From Selaginella moellendorffii (Eukaryota; Plantae; Lycopodiophyta): a stretch of 64,000 nucleotides of DNA. The position numbers and the translations under genes are program-made. The notes under the pieces were generated by a model, which saw only the letters and a list, made by a program, of their open reading frames with translations, was not told where the DNA came from and searched no databases. Positions 1 to 12,258 of the stretch are shown one piece after another (positions within the stretch are counted from its first letter, which is position 1; each line of letters starts with the position of its first letter). The stretch lies in NCBI RefSeq assembly GCF_000143415.4, contig NW_003314411.1, forward strand, positions 62,452 through 126,451. The letters are read 5' to 3'.

Positions 1-740
1 TGCAACTGCTGTTGGATACTTCCTCCTCAATCGAGTGGTGTTCCAGCATTCTTGTCTAGAGCGGATTCTTTCGAATAATGGTCCTGCATTTATAGCTGAG
101 GCATTTCATGTTTTGACGTCTCAGTTGGGGATATGCCACACTTTCACGAGTGCTTATCATCCATAGTCAAACAATTTGGTGAAACAACTCATTTGGATAT
201 TCAAAAGAATGATTGCGAAGTATGTGAATTTTCAGCATTCGGATTAGGATGGTTATTTGCTATCTCTTCAATATGCATATATCATAGGGGTGCAGAGTTC
301 TGTTGATGCTTCACTATATAAACTCCTATATGGTCATGATCCAATATTACCAACAGAGCTAAATTTACCTTCGCAATTGCCATAAGCTGCCAATGCTAGG
401 CCGTGGGATCAGCATTTGATGAGCATTCTTCCATTTGTCTAAACAGAGTCTACTGAACACTTAAGTTGTGTACAAGTGGGACAACAACGGTGCTACAACT
501 CCCATCATCATCCACCTGCAGAGTACAAAGTGGACGACTTGGTGCTAGTCTATTTTCCCCATCTTACGGTACATGGTTTATCTAAGAGGCTCTTTGCTAA
601 GTGGAAAGGACCGTATCATGTGTTGTAGCAAGTTGGACCACAAGTATATAAGGTTCAGCATGACGTCCAACAAGCTGATCCTCTAAAAATTATGCACATG
701 CAACTGTTGAAACACTTTATACAAAGGGAATGGGAATAAT
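1..740 (+). mobile_element. Degenerate Ty3/gypsy retrotransposon integrase remnant
   Basis: Translation with stops gives SNNGPAFIAEAF...TSAYHP*SN...YKLLYGHDP (rve core, SDNGxxF/YHPQxNG-like), then EYKVDDLVLV...KRLFAKWKGPYHV (GPY/F module typical of gypsy integrases). Confidence 0.85.
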
Positions 741-850
741 TAATACCACTTATAAATCCGCCGATGCCTCGTCTTGATGTTCCTTTAGATCCCGGCCCAT
801 CCATAAGATAACCCTAATGGTTTTCCATTATTCCGAGAGCAGGGGATGAT

Positions 851-1025
851 ATAAGGTCTAAATGTATAGCTACGATGCCATATACTAATATTAGCGTAAT
901 GGAATTTTGGTAGCTGTCAAATTAGTTTCAATTTGAACCACTCACTTCTGTATATAAGCTAGGGTTTTTGCGCTATTTGATATGCACAATTTTTATATTC
1001 CTTTTTCATATTCCATGCACTCACA
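851..1025 (+). repeat. Probable 3' LTR of the gypsy remnant
   Basis: Follows a purine-rich tract (gagagcaggggatga, about 835-849), contains TATATAAG, ends ...CTCACA, and has a diverged second copy at 1341-1522. Confidence 0.55.
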
Positions 1026-1302
1026 AATGGTATTAAATCTAAAGGTTAAGCATGTTCAATATAAGTAAAATATAGAAAACTCAAGTTAATAAGCTGTATG
1101 TTATAATAATAAATACTAACAAGAAAACAAAGCAACAAATTATTTATATATTATAATAATAATTTGTTAAATCTCAATTATTATAGACTAGAAAAGAATC
1201 TAGCTACACTAGACTAAATGAAAATAAATATTTTAAACTTTTTAATTTGATAGAAATGATAATATTTATTACCTCATCTTGATGATCAATTTAAACCCAT
1301 AA

Positions 1303-1321
1303 ATATATATATATATATATA
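1303..1321. repeat. (AT)n microsatellite
   Basis: Direct reading. Confidence 0.9.
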
Positions 1322-1340
1322 ATAAAATAATTTTTTAGTG

Positions 1341-1522
1341 TGTACAACTATGATGTTGTATACTAATATTAACGGCCATACACTAAAATTAGCATAATGA
1401 GATTTTGATAACCATTAAATTGGTTTCAATCTGGATTACTTGCTCATGTATATAAGCTAGGGTTTTTGGGTTAATGGATCTTCACATTTTTGTATTCTTT
1501 TTCTATATTCCATGCACTTATA
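1341..1522 (+). repeat. Second diverged LTR-like copy
   Basis: Colinear with 863-1025; shared blocks include tatactaatatta, tgtatataagctagggtttttg and atattccatgcact. Confidence 0.6.
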
Positions 1523-2649
1523 TTAGTGGAGATGAGGTGCAGCTTTGATTATCTCTAAACAAAACAAACTCCCATATTGTAAAATTGGTCTCCCATTCAT
1601 GGAAAAGCCACCAAAGAATAAAATCTTTACCATGATCCTCACTTATAAGTCTACATGCTATTAATGCCAATCAAGAGTGGCACTCACACAATCTAAACAC
1701 ATTGAAAATAAGACCCCACTTAGTGCCACCTAACCCCATTGTTATGTTGATGTGTAAAATGGCCCATGATGACATGATGCATTGCATTTCCCACATAACA
1801 TTGTCTTTTTCATATGTGGCATAAAAGAATAGTTTCAACAAGTTTAAAAACTTCCAATTTTTATAAGAAAAATTATAGTATTTTCAAAATATGACTAGTG
1901 CCCACATGTGTGTGCCAAGGCTTCTTCCTCCCTGATTTGGGCTAGGTCTGCCTTTGAAAAGTTTAAGTTTAGCATGTCTAATATGGCAAGAAATATGTGA
2001 TTATATATGGGAGTATTATATATTTACATCTATGCATTTTTTTAAAATTTTGAGTTGCATGTGAAAATATTACATACCATCACTTTTTTGATTGCTGTAT
2101 AACCAATTGAAATGTCATTGTATGTATAATATTTTTGTCATGGGATATGACATGCATGTATGGGGCATGACAACTCATACTGCCACACAAGATTGATGCC
2201 ACATTATATTAATAACATGATGTCACTATAAATTTAGCAAAGGTTTTTGTTCTTCTCATTTTTGGTTTGCTTAAGCAAATCTGGATGGTAGTGAATATAC
2301 ATAGAATATGCTTGGAATTCTAGGATATTCTACCATCTAACAGTTGTTATTCATTTAGATTAATCTTGTATTTATAATTTATAAATATGTTTATAATTTA
2401 TAAACTTTCTTAAACCCTTTCTATTATATTCTTTTTTATTCTATCATTTAATGGTTGATATGAAATAAGATTAATCTTGTGTTTATAAATTACAAACATG
2501 CTTATAATTATAAACTTTATTTGATAAATAGGATTAATAAGTAATAATAAAACTACTATTAAGCAAACCAAACGTCGCTACATGCAACATGTAGCAATTT
2601 ATTATGTCATTAACTGCAAATTTGTTATTTTTTAATTGTAATCATCTCT

Positions 2650-4100
2650 TTCTTCCTTTATACATGTTTTATTTACCTCTTATTCCACATGACTATGCCT
2701 CATTTCTCATGGCTTGAAGGCATATTTCAATTGCAGCACATACTAATTTTAGCATAATGCTTCAATCACTCTTGCAAGTGCTATTGCAACTTGTTTGCAA
2801 TGCAACACTTTAATCTAAATAATGATTGACTAGTGTAAAGGCAAGTGTGATTGATAGAAGTGTGAAGATTAATATAAAGTGTTTTTTGGATGTTTGGGGC
2901 ATTGAGTGCAATGGTTTTTTGCAAGCAAGTGGATCTTGCTATAGCCACAATAAAGCATTAGTTCCATTGATTTTTCATATTTTTAATCACATGCAAATAT
3001 TTTTAGCATTATAGGGATTTATTGTGCTTGGGCTTAATATAAAAAGTGTTTTCCATTGAGAGTGCTTTAAGCATGCAATAATAATAAGCTCAACCTGTGG
3101 CATTAAAAAAATGTTCAAAATCCAACTTATGCAATAAAAACATCAGATCTAGAAGCCTTAACCCAAAGTCAATCTGGTGCAGAGTCATGTATATATGGTA
3201 AATACCAATGCATGCCCAAGCGTAAAAAAAAGTTATGTTCAAAATACTATTTTGTGAATCATATATATATTATAACAATGTGCTTTCTTAAATATATTTT
3301 ACACACTTGCACAATTTTTTACTAAGCCACCTATCTCATCCCCTCTTAAGAAGTGTACCTCCCCCCAAAATTGCTATCACAAATTATTTGCTGTACACCA
3401 TATTGCAATAATTTAAGTTGGAAGCTTGAATTCACTTTTTAATGTGAAAATGAAAAACCTAAAACTTCATGTGTCTATATAATCACTAGGTATTACTCAA
3501 CATAAATTGTTTTGTTGGTAAAGTTTTTTCTGATCCACATATTATCAATAATCTCTTGCTAGATCTCTAAGACAACATCCAAATCCATGCAATTATTCTT
3601 GTGCATGGCAAAGTATTAAACCTGGAGGAAATACTTTTTAAACTACAAATCACTTCATGATATCCTCACAACCCAGATCTTCACCATTCCCACCAACTTA
3701 CCATTGTCCATACCAAGTAGCTTGCACAAGAAGAGGTGAATTTGCCCTATTATTCCTATATTTGATAGACTATTATATTCAATTGTATGTTTATATCTTG
3801 AAATTGCAAATGGGATGCTAAGTTTGAGTTGGGGCAAGTAAAGCATAGGTATACACACATTGTATATGCACGCATGAAACGCATAGGTATACACACATTG
3901 CTTGGGCTCATGATTCTCTCTCCCTCCTTGAAATGTTGATATGAAGCTTATAGCAGCTCCTCTTGAGTAGAAAATACTATTCACATCAACCCTAGCTCAC
4001 TTAAGACTGAACATTGTTTTGGAATTGGCAATCTTCTATACTATCCCACTACCAAGAAATGTCATTCGCTCTTTTGCCTGGCTTGTAACTTGTCCATTGT
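2650..4100 (-). mobile_element. Possible highly decayed non-LTR (LINE-like) reverse transcriptase remnant
   Basis: Only weak, broken motifs on the minus strand (GMR* resembling RGLRQG near 3340; ILNIF/FNATG resembling F..ASGL near 3100). AT-rich with no intact ORF. Confidence 0.25.
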
Positions 4101-4685
4101 CCTGTGACAACTCTAGCAAACTTGAGTGTTTGATTTTCTTTTTGTGATATTCTAGAGATTTTTAATGATAATTTAAAAAGGTTAAAAGTTGTAGTTTTGG
4201 ATGTGAGAATTTTAGAGAAAATGCTTATGATCACAGTTGAAAATGTTAATTAAACTCTTGAAATCATCTGTAGCTACTTGGAATTGTAGTATTAAAATTG
4301 AAATTGATAAGAAATGAGGCAAAACAAATTTTTGAACATCAAATAAAAAGAAACAAAAGAAAATATCACCATTTTTTAGTTGTAATGCCACAGGCTACCT
4401 AGGCCATGCGAGGCAAAATTTATGATCATGATGAATCTGAATGATTTTATTTTAGATTCAAATAAACATGTTTAAATGAAATTCATGTTCACTTGGGTCA
4501 TGCAAAATGAAATTCTTTACACTTTTGGCCAGTATGTGTGAGCTCTCACATATAAGGTTGGCCCCCAACCATACTGTCGTGCCCCGACCTGCCACTTTTT
4601 CTTATCTCCTTTGCTACATAAGTTTCGACTAACAACCAGCCAATGGACATCCAAGTTGTGCAAGACAAAACCTTATTAAACTATT

Positions 4686-5763
4686 CTAGCAATTCCCCTC
4701 CATACCGGTGGGATCTAGGGTTAGGTTATGCTCTTCCTCCTCCACGGCCCGGAGAGCTCGCTGGAGCAGGGCCACGGCGTGATCGATCTCCCCTAACGAT
4801 TCGTAGATGCCAGCAGCCTCGACGAGGCCGCTAACAAGCGCGTCTGCCGGCTCGCTCGTCCTGTCGTAAATTCGCGACGCTCTCTCGCAGAAGATCCGCG
4901 CGGCGCCCACATTCCCTAGCTTCAAGCGGAGATCCGCGAGACTGAGGTAGACGGATCCCACCGCAGCGTGGCCCTCGCCCTCGATCCTCGTGAAGATTTC
5001 CAGCGCCGTGTGGTAAGCGATGTCCGCGTCCTTGAACCGGCCCAGCGACGCGAGTGTGTCGCCAATGCAGGCCTGGATTGATGCCCAGTCCAGGCGCGAC
5101 TGGGAAGGGTCAATGATCGACGCTGCCCTTTGGAGATCCCTTAGCGCGGATTTGTGGTCGCCCCTTGCGCTAGCGATGAGCGCCATGAGATTCCTATCGC
5201 TAAATTCCTCTTCTCTGAGGAACAAATCGCTGCTCCTCTCGTGGATTTTGAGGAGCTCCTTGGACACCTCCTCGGCTCTCTCAAGCTCCATTGCCTGTGA
5301 TCAGCAGAATTGTCACAAAACAAGAGTCTTTCTTTTAGCATACCTGGAGGTGTGATCTCGCCAAGAACCGGCAAGTTTCGGCGACGACCCGATCGAGATG
5401 GGCCTGCTTAGCAAAGTGGTAGCCTGTGATTGACCCTTGCTCGCTGCCCATGAGCGAGAAACCATCGCCCAAGATCGAGGATCCAGGAGCTACTTGATCT
5501 TGGCAATCGCCCACATCCAGTGCCAGGCAACGATTGAGAGCTTTGATGGCCTCCGCGAACTCCCCCGGCTTGCAATGAGCGTCGGCCAGTGCTTGGTGGC
5601 TCAAGACGAGCTCCACACCATAGCTTTTGTCCGATATCTTCGCATCCTCGCTCTGGGGCCTCTGGAAAAAAATCACCGCTTGCGACGATTTAGCGAGCTT
5701 GAGGCTGTTGGTTTTCCCCAGGTTCAAGCCTCGCCTCCTCACACTCTTGGATGCTGCGCTCAT
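4686..5763 (-). CDS. Kinesin light chain-related (KLCR/CMU-like) TPR protein, apparently C-terminally truncated; 2 exons seen
   Basis: VAETCRFLARSHLQ|AMELERAEE...DRNLMALI...IGDTLASLGRFKDA...GEGHAAVGSVYLSLADL matches the plant KLCR TPR pattern. A 49-nt GT-AG intron at 5343-5295 joins the two ORFs. Start uncertain. Confidence 0.75.
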
Positions 5764-6518
5764 AGCTTCGATCGTATCCAAAAGAAAAGATCCAAAACAA
5801 AATCTGTTCTACGGACTTCTCGCTTGCTGGATCGACTTAATCGCTTGGAGATCAAGAAAACTCCACGAAGATCATCCAGGAAACTGGCAGCACCAAACTT
5901 ACACCCGAATCAAGCACCAGACATACCACTACATAATCGCATCCAACCAGCAATTTGACTTGGCTTCCAAGGATCTGGCACTGGCACACCAAAGTCGAGA
6001 GCTATCTCAGCAGATAAAAGATTTCTAGATGGTAGCTTAGACCGCTGTTGTTCTAAAAAGCCAGGCCAGCCAAAGCGTGTTCTTCGTTGACAACGGCACT
6101 CAAACTTTAAATATACTTGGCAACAACGATGGAATCGTTCTAACTGACCTTGTCACTTGTTGGGGAGCTTTGCAGGGGACCGTTTCTATTGTGCCGACGA
6201 GACGAGTGCTCAATCAAGGTGTCCCTTTCAATGTCTTGATTCCAACGATTCCCTGTTGATCATATATCTTTGGAGAAACGATCAAAATGGATCTTTGATC
6301 TGTAACCTCTAGATAAATGCTGTTAAGTTTGAAGATCCACACGTCTACTAAGAACTTAGACGTGGCTTGATCATCTTTTTGTTTCTTCTCGTCGTTAGTT
6401 TCATGTCTTGGTAAAGATACCATTGTGCAATCATGTATATTCGAATCTAAGTGAATATTCTCATTATTGCTAACCAACGGTCAGTTCAGCTGATACAAAA
6501 GGTAAATTAATGTAGGGA

Positions 6519-9146
6519 ATGGCCTCGGCAGGGGAGAGATCCAGTCCAGCACAGGCCATCGCGCCACGGCACAAGAATCACTCTGCGGTCCAGTTCGTCG
6601 CGGCAATCAAGCGCTGCGGCAAGTCGCAAGACCTGGAAGCTGGGCAATCGCTGCATCGGCAAGCGCTCTTGGCTGGATTCCACTCCAACAGGTTCGTGGC
6701 CGCGGCCCTGATCACAATGTATGGCAAATGCCAGTCCATGGCGCTCGCCAAGGAGATCTTCGATGGGATGATCCACGGCGAGCGGGATGTCGTGGCTTGG
6801 AATTCTTTGATCTTGGGGTTTGTGGAGAATGGCGAGAGCTCAGTGGCGATGGAGCTCTTTGGCGAGATGGATTGCGAGCCCAGTTCTCACGCGTATGTCG
6901 CGGCGATCAAGGCGTGTTCTTGCCTGGCGGCTCAGCATTTGCGTCTCTCCCTCGAGACAGGGATTGGTATCCACGATCGAGTGAAAGCGCGGGGATTGGA
7001 CTGTGATTTGGTGGTGGCGACGAGCTTGGTGGGTTTGTATGGGAAGTGTGGGAGAATGGATCTGGCGAGAGGAGTTTTTGGTGGGATGATCCAGAGGGAC
7101 GTGGTGGCCTGGAACTCTATGATCTTAGGATATGCCGAGAATGGAGAGGGCTCGAGGGCGTTGGAAGTTTTTGCCGCCATGGATTGTGAGCCGAGCGCTG
7201 TGACATTCATGGCTGCAATCAAGGCTTGCTTGAGCATTCTTTTTTCTTGCAGCGAGGAGGGATCAAAGAGAGGGATTTGTCTCGAGAGAGGGATTGCGAT
7301 TCACAAGATGGCCAGTGAGAAGTTTGGATCGGAGAATTTGGATGTGGCCTTGGCAACTTCGCTGATAGATTTTTACAGCAAGTGTGGAAGCTTGGAACGT
7401 GCGAGGGATGTGTTTCATGGGATGATTTGGAAGAATGTTGTGACTTGGAACTCCATGATCTTTGGATGTATAGAAAATGGAAAAAGTTTGCTGGCTATGG
7501 AGTTATTTGATAGCATGGATTGTGCACCAACTTTTGTCACGTATATTGCAGCTCTTAAGGCGTGCAGCTGTTTGGGCAGTGGTGAAACTCGCTCAAACAA
7601 GCAACTCTGGCTTAGAAGAGGGATTTTGATCCATCAAAGAGTGAGAGAGTGTGGAATGGATTCTTCTATGGCTGTGGCAAACACTTTGGTGGACATGTAT
7701 TGCAAGTGTGGGAGCTTGGAATTTGCTACCAAGATTTTTTACGGAATGACTCAAAGGGATGTTGTTACTTGGAATTGCCTGATTCTGGGATGTGTGGAGA
7801 ATGGGAGTTACTCCAAAGCTATGGATCTGTTCACCAAAATGGACTGTGAAAGAGATTCTTTCACTTATGTTGCTGCTTTCAAAGCCTGTGGAGGTTTAGC
7901 TTCAGAGGAATTCAATAGAGACTTTTATCTCAGAGAAGGGATTTCTCTACACAAGAAAGTGAGCGAACTTGGATTTGATTCTAACTTGGTTGTCCTCACC
8001 ACCTTGCTGGACATGTATAAAAGCTGTGGGAACATGCTACTTGCGAGGGAGGTCTTTGATGGTTTGAGGAAGAGAGATGTGGTAACTTGGACCACCATGA
8101 TCTTGGGATATGTAGAAAGTGGAGGAAATTTGGAAGCTCTGGAGCTCTTTTCCAGAATGGACTGTGAGCCAGATCCCTATGCTTTTGCTGCTGCTCTCAA
8201 GGCTTGTGAAGGCTTTTCTCGCAGAGAAGAATGCCTTGACAAAGTGGTGACTATTCACAAACAAGCTGAGCGCTGTGGACTAGAATCCAACACTGTTGTG
8301 GCAACTTCACTTGTGAGTGTGTATTCCAAGTGTGGAAAGATGGAAATTGCCAGGCTTGTTTTTGATGAAATGATCCAGAGGGATGTCCTGGCTTGGACCT
8401 CTCTTATACTTGGATATGCAAAGAATGGCCAGAGTCTGATAGCTCTAGAACTGTTTGCTACCATGAACTGTGAACCAGACCCTCTAACTTATGCTGCCTC
8501 ACTGGAAGCTTGTGGGAATCTAGCCATGGCTGGATTGGCAGCTGGGAAATATATCCATGCTAGAACTTGCAAGCTTGGACTAGAAGAAGATAATGTAATT
8601 GCTGCTAGCTTGATGAACTTCTATGCAAAGTGTGGCAGCATCTCTAAAGCTCAAGAACTGTTTGACAGTGTAAAGTCTCCAAATGTAGTGCTTTGGAACA
8701 CTTTGATAGCAGGATATAGCTCGGCTGGAGACCCTTTCCGGGTCCTTCATCTGGCAAGAGAAATGAAAGACGCTGGCATTGGAATGGATGGAATCACATT
8801 GGTTTCTATCCTCACAACTTGTAGCCATGCCGGTTTGCTCGAGCAAGGAGCTCTGTGCTTCGAATCAATGGTGAAGTGTGGGGTTAAAACGAGCGTGGAG
8901 CACTATAGTTGCTTGGTTGATATGTTTGGAAGAGCAAACCGGCTGGAAGAAGCGCTAACTCTAATCCAAACCATGCCAATGGAAGCGAGTGGTAGTATGT
9001 GGAGAAGTTTGCTAGGGGCATGTAGAAACTGGAAGAACGTAAAGGTTGGCGAGGTTGCATTTCAAGCGCTGGTCAGTGCCAGAGAAACTAAATCGGCCGA
9101 CTACGTTTTGATGAGTGATCTCTATGCAAGCTCGAGCATTAAGTAG
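6519..9146 (+). CDS. PLS-class pentatricopeptide repeat protein with E domain, no DYW
   Basis: Intronless 875-aa ORF with repeated MYxKCG...AxxxFDxM..RDVVxWN triplets and a C-terminal HYSCLVDMFGRA...WRSLLGAC...YVLMSDLY. Confidence 0.95.
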   Translation: MASAGERSSPAQAIAPRHKNHSAVQFVAAIKRCGKSQDLEAGQSLHRQALLAGFHSNRFVAAALITMYGKCQSMALAKEIFDGMIHGERDVVAWNSLILGFVENGESSVAMELFGEMDCEPSSHAYVAAIKACSCLAAQHLRLSLETGIGIHDRVKARGLDCDLVVATSLVGLYGKCGRMDLARGVFGGMIQRDVVAWNSMILGYAENGEGSRALEVFAAMDCEPSAVTFMAAIKACLSILFSCSEEGSKRGICLERGIAIHKMASEKFGSENLDVALATSLIDFYSKCGSLERARDVFHGMIWKNVVTWNSMIFGCIENGKSLLAMELFDSMDCAPTFVTYIAALKACSCLGSGETRSNKQLWLRRGILIHQRVRECGMDSSMAVANTLVDMYCKCGSLEFATKIFYGMTQRDVVTWNCLILGCVENGSYSKAMDLFTKMDCERDSFTYVAAFKACGGLASEEFNRDFYLREGISLHKKVSELGFDSNLVVLTTLLDMYKSCGNMLLAREVFDGLRKRDVVTWTTMILGYVESGGNLEALELFSRMDCEPDPYAFAAALKACEGFSRREECLDKVVTIHKQAERCGLESNTVVATSLVSVYSKCGKMEIARLVFDEMIQRDVLAWTSLILGYAKNGQSLIALELFATMNCEPDPLTYAASLEACGNLAMAGLAAGKYIHARTCKLGLEEDNVIAASLMNFYAKCGSISKAQELFDSVKSPNVVLWNTLIAGYSSAGDPFRVLHLAREMKDAGIGMDGITLVSILTTCSHAGLLEQGALCFESMVKCGVKTSVEHYSCLVDMFGRANRLEEALTLIQTMPMEASGSMWRSLLGACRNWKNVKVGEVAFQALVSARETKSADYVLMSDLYASSSIK

Positions 9147-9242
9147 CTATGGCTACCATGAAAGAAGAAATATCTTTGCTGGAAAGATAACAATTAAAGT
9201 TAAGGTCTGACGAGGGGTTTGATATCTTCCTTCTAGTGGGCG

Positions 9243-11437
9243 ATGGAGCTCCTTGCGCCTCCAAGCCTCGTGGGTTTTCGTGGAGTGGCTTGGAAATGTG
9301 GAGCGAAGCCGAGAAGATTGCTACCAAGGACGGTATGGCTATGCAGGGCGTCTATCGTGGACGAGGAACGCCTGGATGCCGCGAGAGACATGACAAAGTG
9401 GCTACAAGAACAAGGATTTCCACAACAGGTTCTCCAATTTACTCTTTGGTTTCTTTGGAACGAATCGAGATTTGCAGCCACTTCTCGTTTCGTCTTTCGA
9501 AGACAAGGGACTTGGGTGTTGCGCTACTCGTGATCTACAGGTAAATACGGATAGAATTGCGTAGAAAATCTCATTTTTCTTGGTTTTTTTGCTGTAGGCT
9601 GGTGATGCTGCATTGTCTATCCCCGAGAACTTTACCGTCACGGCTGTAGATGTTGCGAACCATCCCGTTATCTCGAGTGCGGCCGAAGGTTAGTTTTTTC
9701 TCTTTCTTCTTTCTTAAACTTAAGATCTGACTCCTCACAGTGTGTTTGCAATGTTAGGAAGAGACGAACTCGTCGGGCTTGCACTATGGCTTATGTATGA
9801 GCAGGAAAGATCCCAAGACTCGCCATGGTATCCATACGTGAAAGTTTTTCCAGCCTCGACTTTGAGTCTTTTGTTATGGGAACAAGAGGAACAAGAGGAG
9901 CTCTTACGTGGTTCTTCCGCTCTAGGTACGTCTTACAGCCTTTTTCTTCTATCCAGTGTTTTCAACCGTGTTTTTCTCAGCAAAAGTCAAGGACCAGCTC
10001 ACATCTTTGCGGCAAACCTTTGATGCGTTGAAGGATACTCTCAAAGACAACAAAGTATGTCTTTTTCTGTGCTTCTCTTTTGGTGAAACTTTGCTTGTTC
10101 TTTTGCTCTACAGGATTTTCCCATGGAGAAATTTACCTTTAGTGCGTTCAAGACAGCATTCTCGGTTGTTTTATCACGAGCAGTGTACTTGCCTTCGGCA
10201 GAGCTATTTGCTCTGGTAAGTGAATTCTTCTTGTCTTTCGTTTTTACGATCCAGACTTTGCAGGTTCCGTTTGGAGATTTGATCAATCACGAGTCGTCAC
10301 GATCTTTGCTAGACTACGACATCGAGGAGCAAAAGGTTAAAGCTCTCGGTACGCTCTTTTGGCTTGAATAGTTTTTCTGTTTAACAGGTGAAGCTGGCCG
10401 TGGACAAAAGGTACAAGAAAGGAGATCAAGTTTTTGCCTCGTATGCACAAAACTTGACCAGCGCAGATTTTCTCATAAGGTGTTCGATCTTGTTTCTCTG
10501 TTTTTTACCATGCTTGAAACTAAAGTTTTCGTCAGGTATGGTTTTCTTGACGAGAGTGACGAGAACGATTGCATCGAGATAGAGGTACTTTCGACCATTC
10601 TATGCGAACTTGCGCAAAGTTTTTCTCATCTTCCAGGTTGGTTTAGTAAGTGGCGATTCTCTAGCCCCACTCAAGCGCGAAATCTTGCAAGAAGTTGGCC
10701 TCACTGTTCCTCAAAAATTTCCCTTGTACCTTAATCGGTTTCCAACACAGGTAGCACCACTGTTGTTTGCTTTTAATGTATTCACGGTCATGGACTTTGT
10801 AGCTCTTGACATATACAAGGTTAGCAAGGATACAAGACTCGGGGCTCTTCGCCAAAATCACCTTTGAGAAAGATCTAATCGTTAGTCAGGTAACAAACGA
10901 TTCGTCTTTTTATTTCTTTCGTTGGCGCTGGAAGCTTTTGATAAAACTTTGGCAGACAAACGAGTACGAGACGCTGATGCTGCTAATGGCCGACTGCCGT
11001 ACAAAGCTTTTGAGCTCCAGCGATACCATGGAGGACGAAATGCAGACGCTCAGGCGAAAGGTAAGAATCTTACTTCTTTTTCTAGTGCTCCATGTCTTGC
11101 GTTGCTTTGGAACGATATCTGACTTTTGATGTTATAGAACCTCTCGTACAAGCAAAGAGTGGCAGCGCAGCTTCGATTGAAAGAGAAAAGGATCCTGACC
11201 GACACAATGTCCGCGCTGAGGAACAGATTGGCTCCGATCAGAGGAATTCCCACAAAGTCTGGAAACCTCAAGGTACAAAAGTTTTTCTTTTTTTCCCCCA
11301 GATCCTGTTCTTAGCGATGGTTTTTTCTCCAGGATCCAAACTCCGACATTCGAGAGATGTTTGATATGGTAGAGCAGGTTGCTTCGGCTCCGCGAAAGTT
11401 TCTCGCAAGCATTCTCGAGCACAAAGATAGCAACTAA
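9243..11437 (+). CDS. SET-domain Rubisco LSMT-family methyltransferase, probably plastid-targeted, multi-exon
   Basis: Transit-peptide-like N-terminus; GLGCCATRDL, LALWLMYE...SPWYPY, SRAVYL..FALVPFGDLINH, QVFASY..RYGF motifs across many short introns; last exon ends ...LEHKDSN*. Confidence 0.85.
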
Positions 11438-11925
11438 TAGAGAGAAGGAACAAAAAAGGAAGTGCTACGTCATTTTCCTGAATGGGCTTTTGTTCTATTC
11501 CTGTACTTATTTTAAAGTATCAAAGAAAAAAAGAATTCTTGGGTTGGATCCGAGTTTCTAGAGCTATTTTCTGAATTATAATTCACGAGATTTCGAAACC
11601 AAAAAGCACAAATGAATAATCTTAATTACTTATTTTGATTCTGTTTACTAATTAATTCCAAATTTAGTAGAGGGAAGTTGTGAATGAGACCGTCTCCAAA
11701 GGGCTTCTGCAATGGTATTGCTGGATGATATTGGACAGAGAAAGAACAATGCGGTTGTCCATGGGCTTAGATTGCAAACATACCAGCAGGCAGCTCGGGT
11801 TAAGTATATTTTATATGATCTTAAATTGTGAAGCTCATCTCGGCTGGATTCCATTGCAGGACCTGTGAACGGAAGCATTCTAAAGAGCCTTATGTGGCTC
11901 CTTCCAACACTAGCAACAACATCCA

Positions 11926-12258
11926 CTACCCAAATCCATTCAGTGCAACGTATGATTTCGTGCTTGTTCCATAGAGGAATCCTTTGGTGAAGAAGTTGAT
12001 GTAGGGATAAGTGGCAAATGGGCTTGGCAGTGCTTTTTGATCCGCCATCACCACGGAAAAGAGACGAACGCTACCATTTCCACGAAATCCTTCAATGTCA
12101 ACCGTGGGAGCCAAGTCAGTGTCACTAACAGGGATGAAATTGCCATTGACTGTGGTGGAACCGTAGTGCACGAGATGAGCACGAAACCGAAGGCCCAGTG
12201 TAACTTGAGCCAGCAAGCAGCAGCAGAGAACAAAAGAAAAGACAATGGACGTTGCCAT
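11926..12258 (-). CDS. Signal-peptide-bearing divergent PEBP-like ORF (truncated or pseudogenised)
   Basis: Hydrophobic N-terminus, then HYGSTTVNGNFIP...APTVDIEG...LFSVVMADQKALPSP, resembling the PEBP N-terminal half (YG..V.NG..L.P...P.V.I.G...YTLVMVDPDAPSP). In-frame stops follow. Confidence 0.5.
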   Translation of the reverse strand: MATSIVFSFVLCCCLLAQVTLGLRFRAHLVHYGSTTVNGNFIPVSDTDLAPTVDIEGFRGNGSVRLFSVVMADQKALPSPFATYPYINFFTKGFLYGTSTKSYVALNGFG

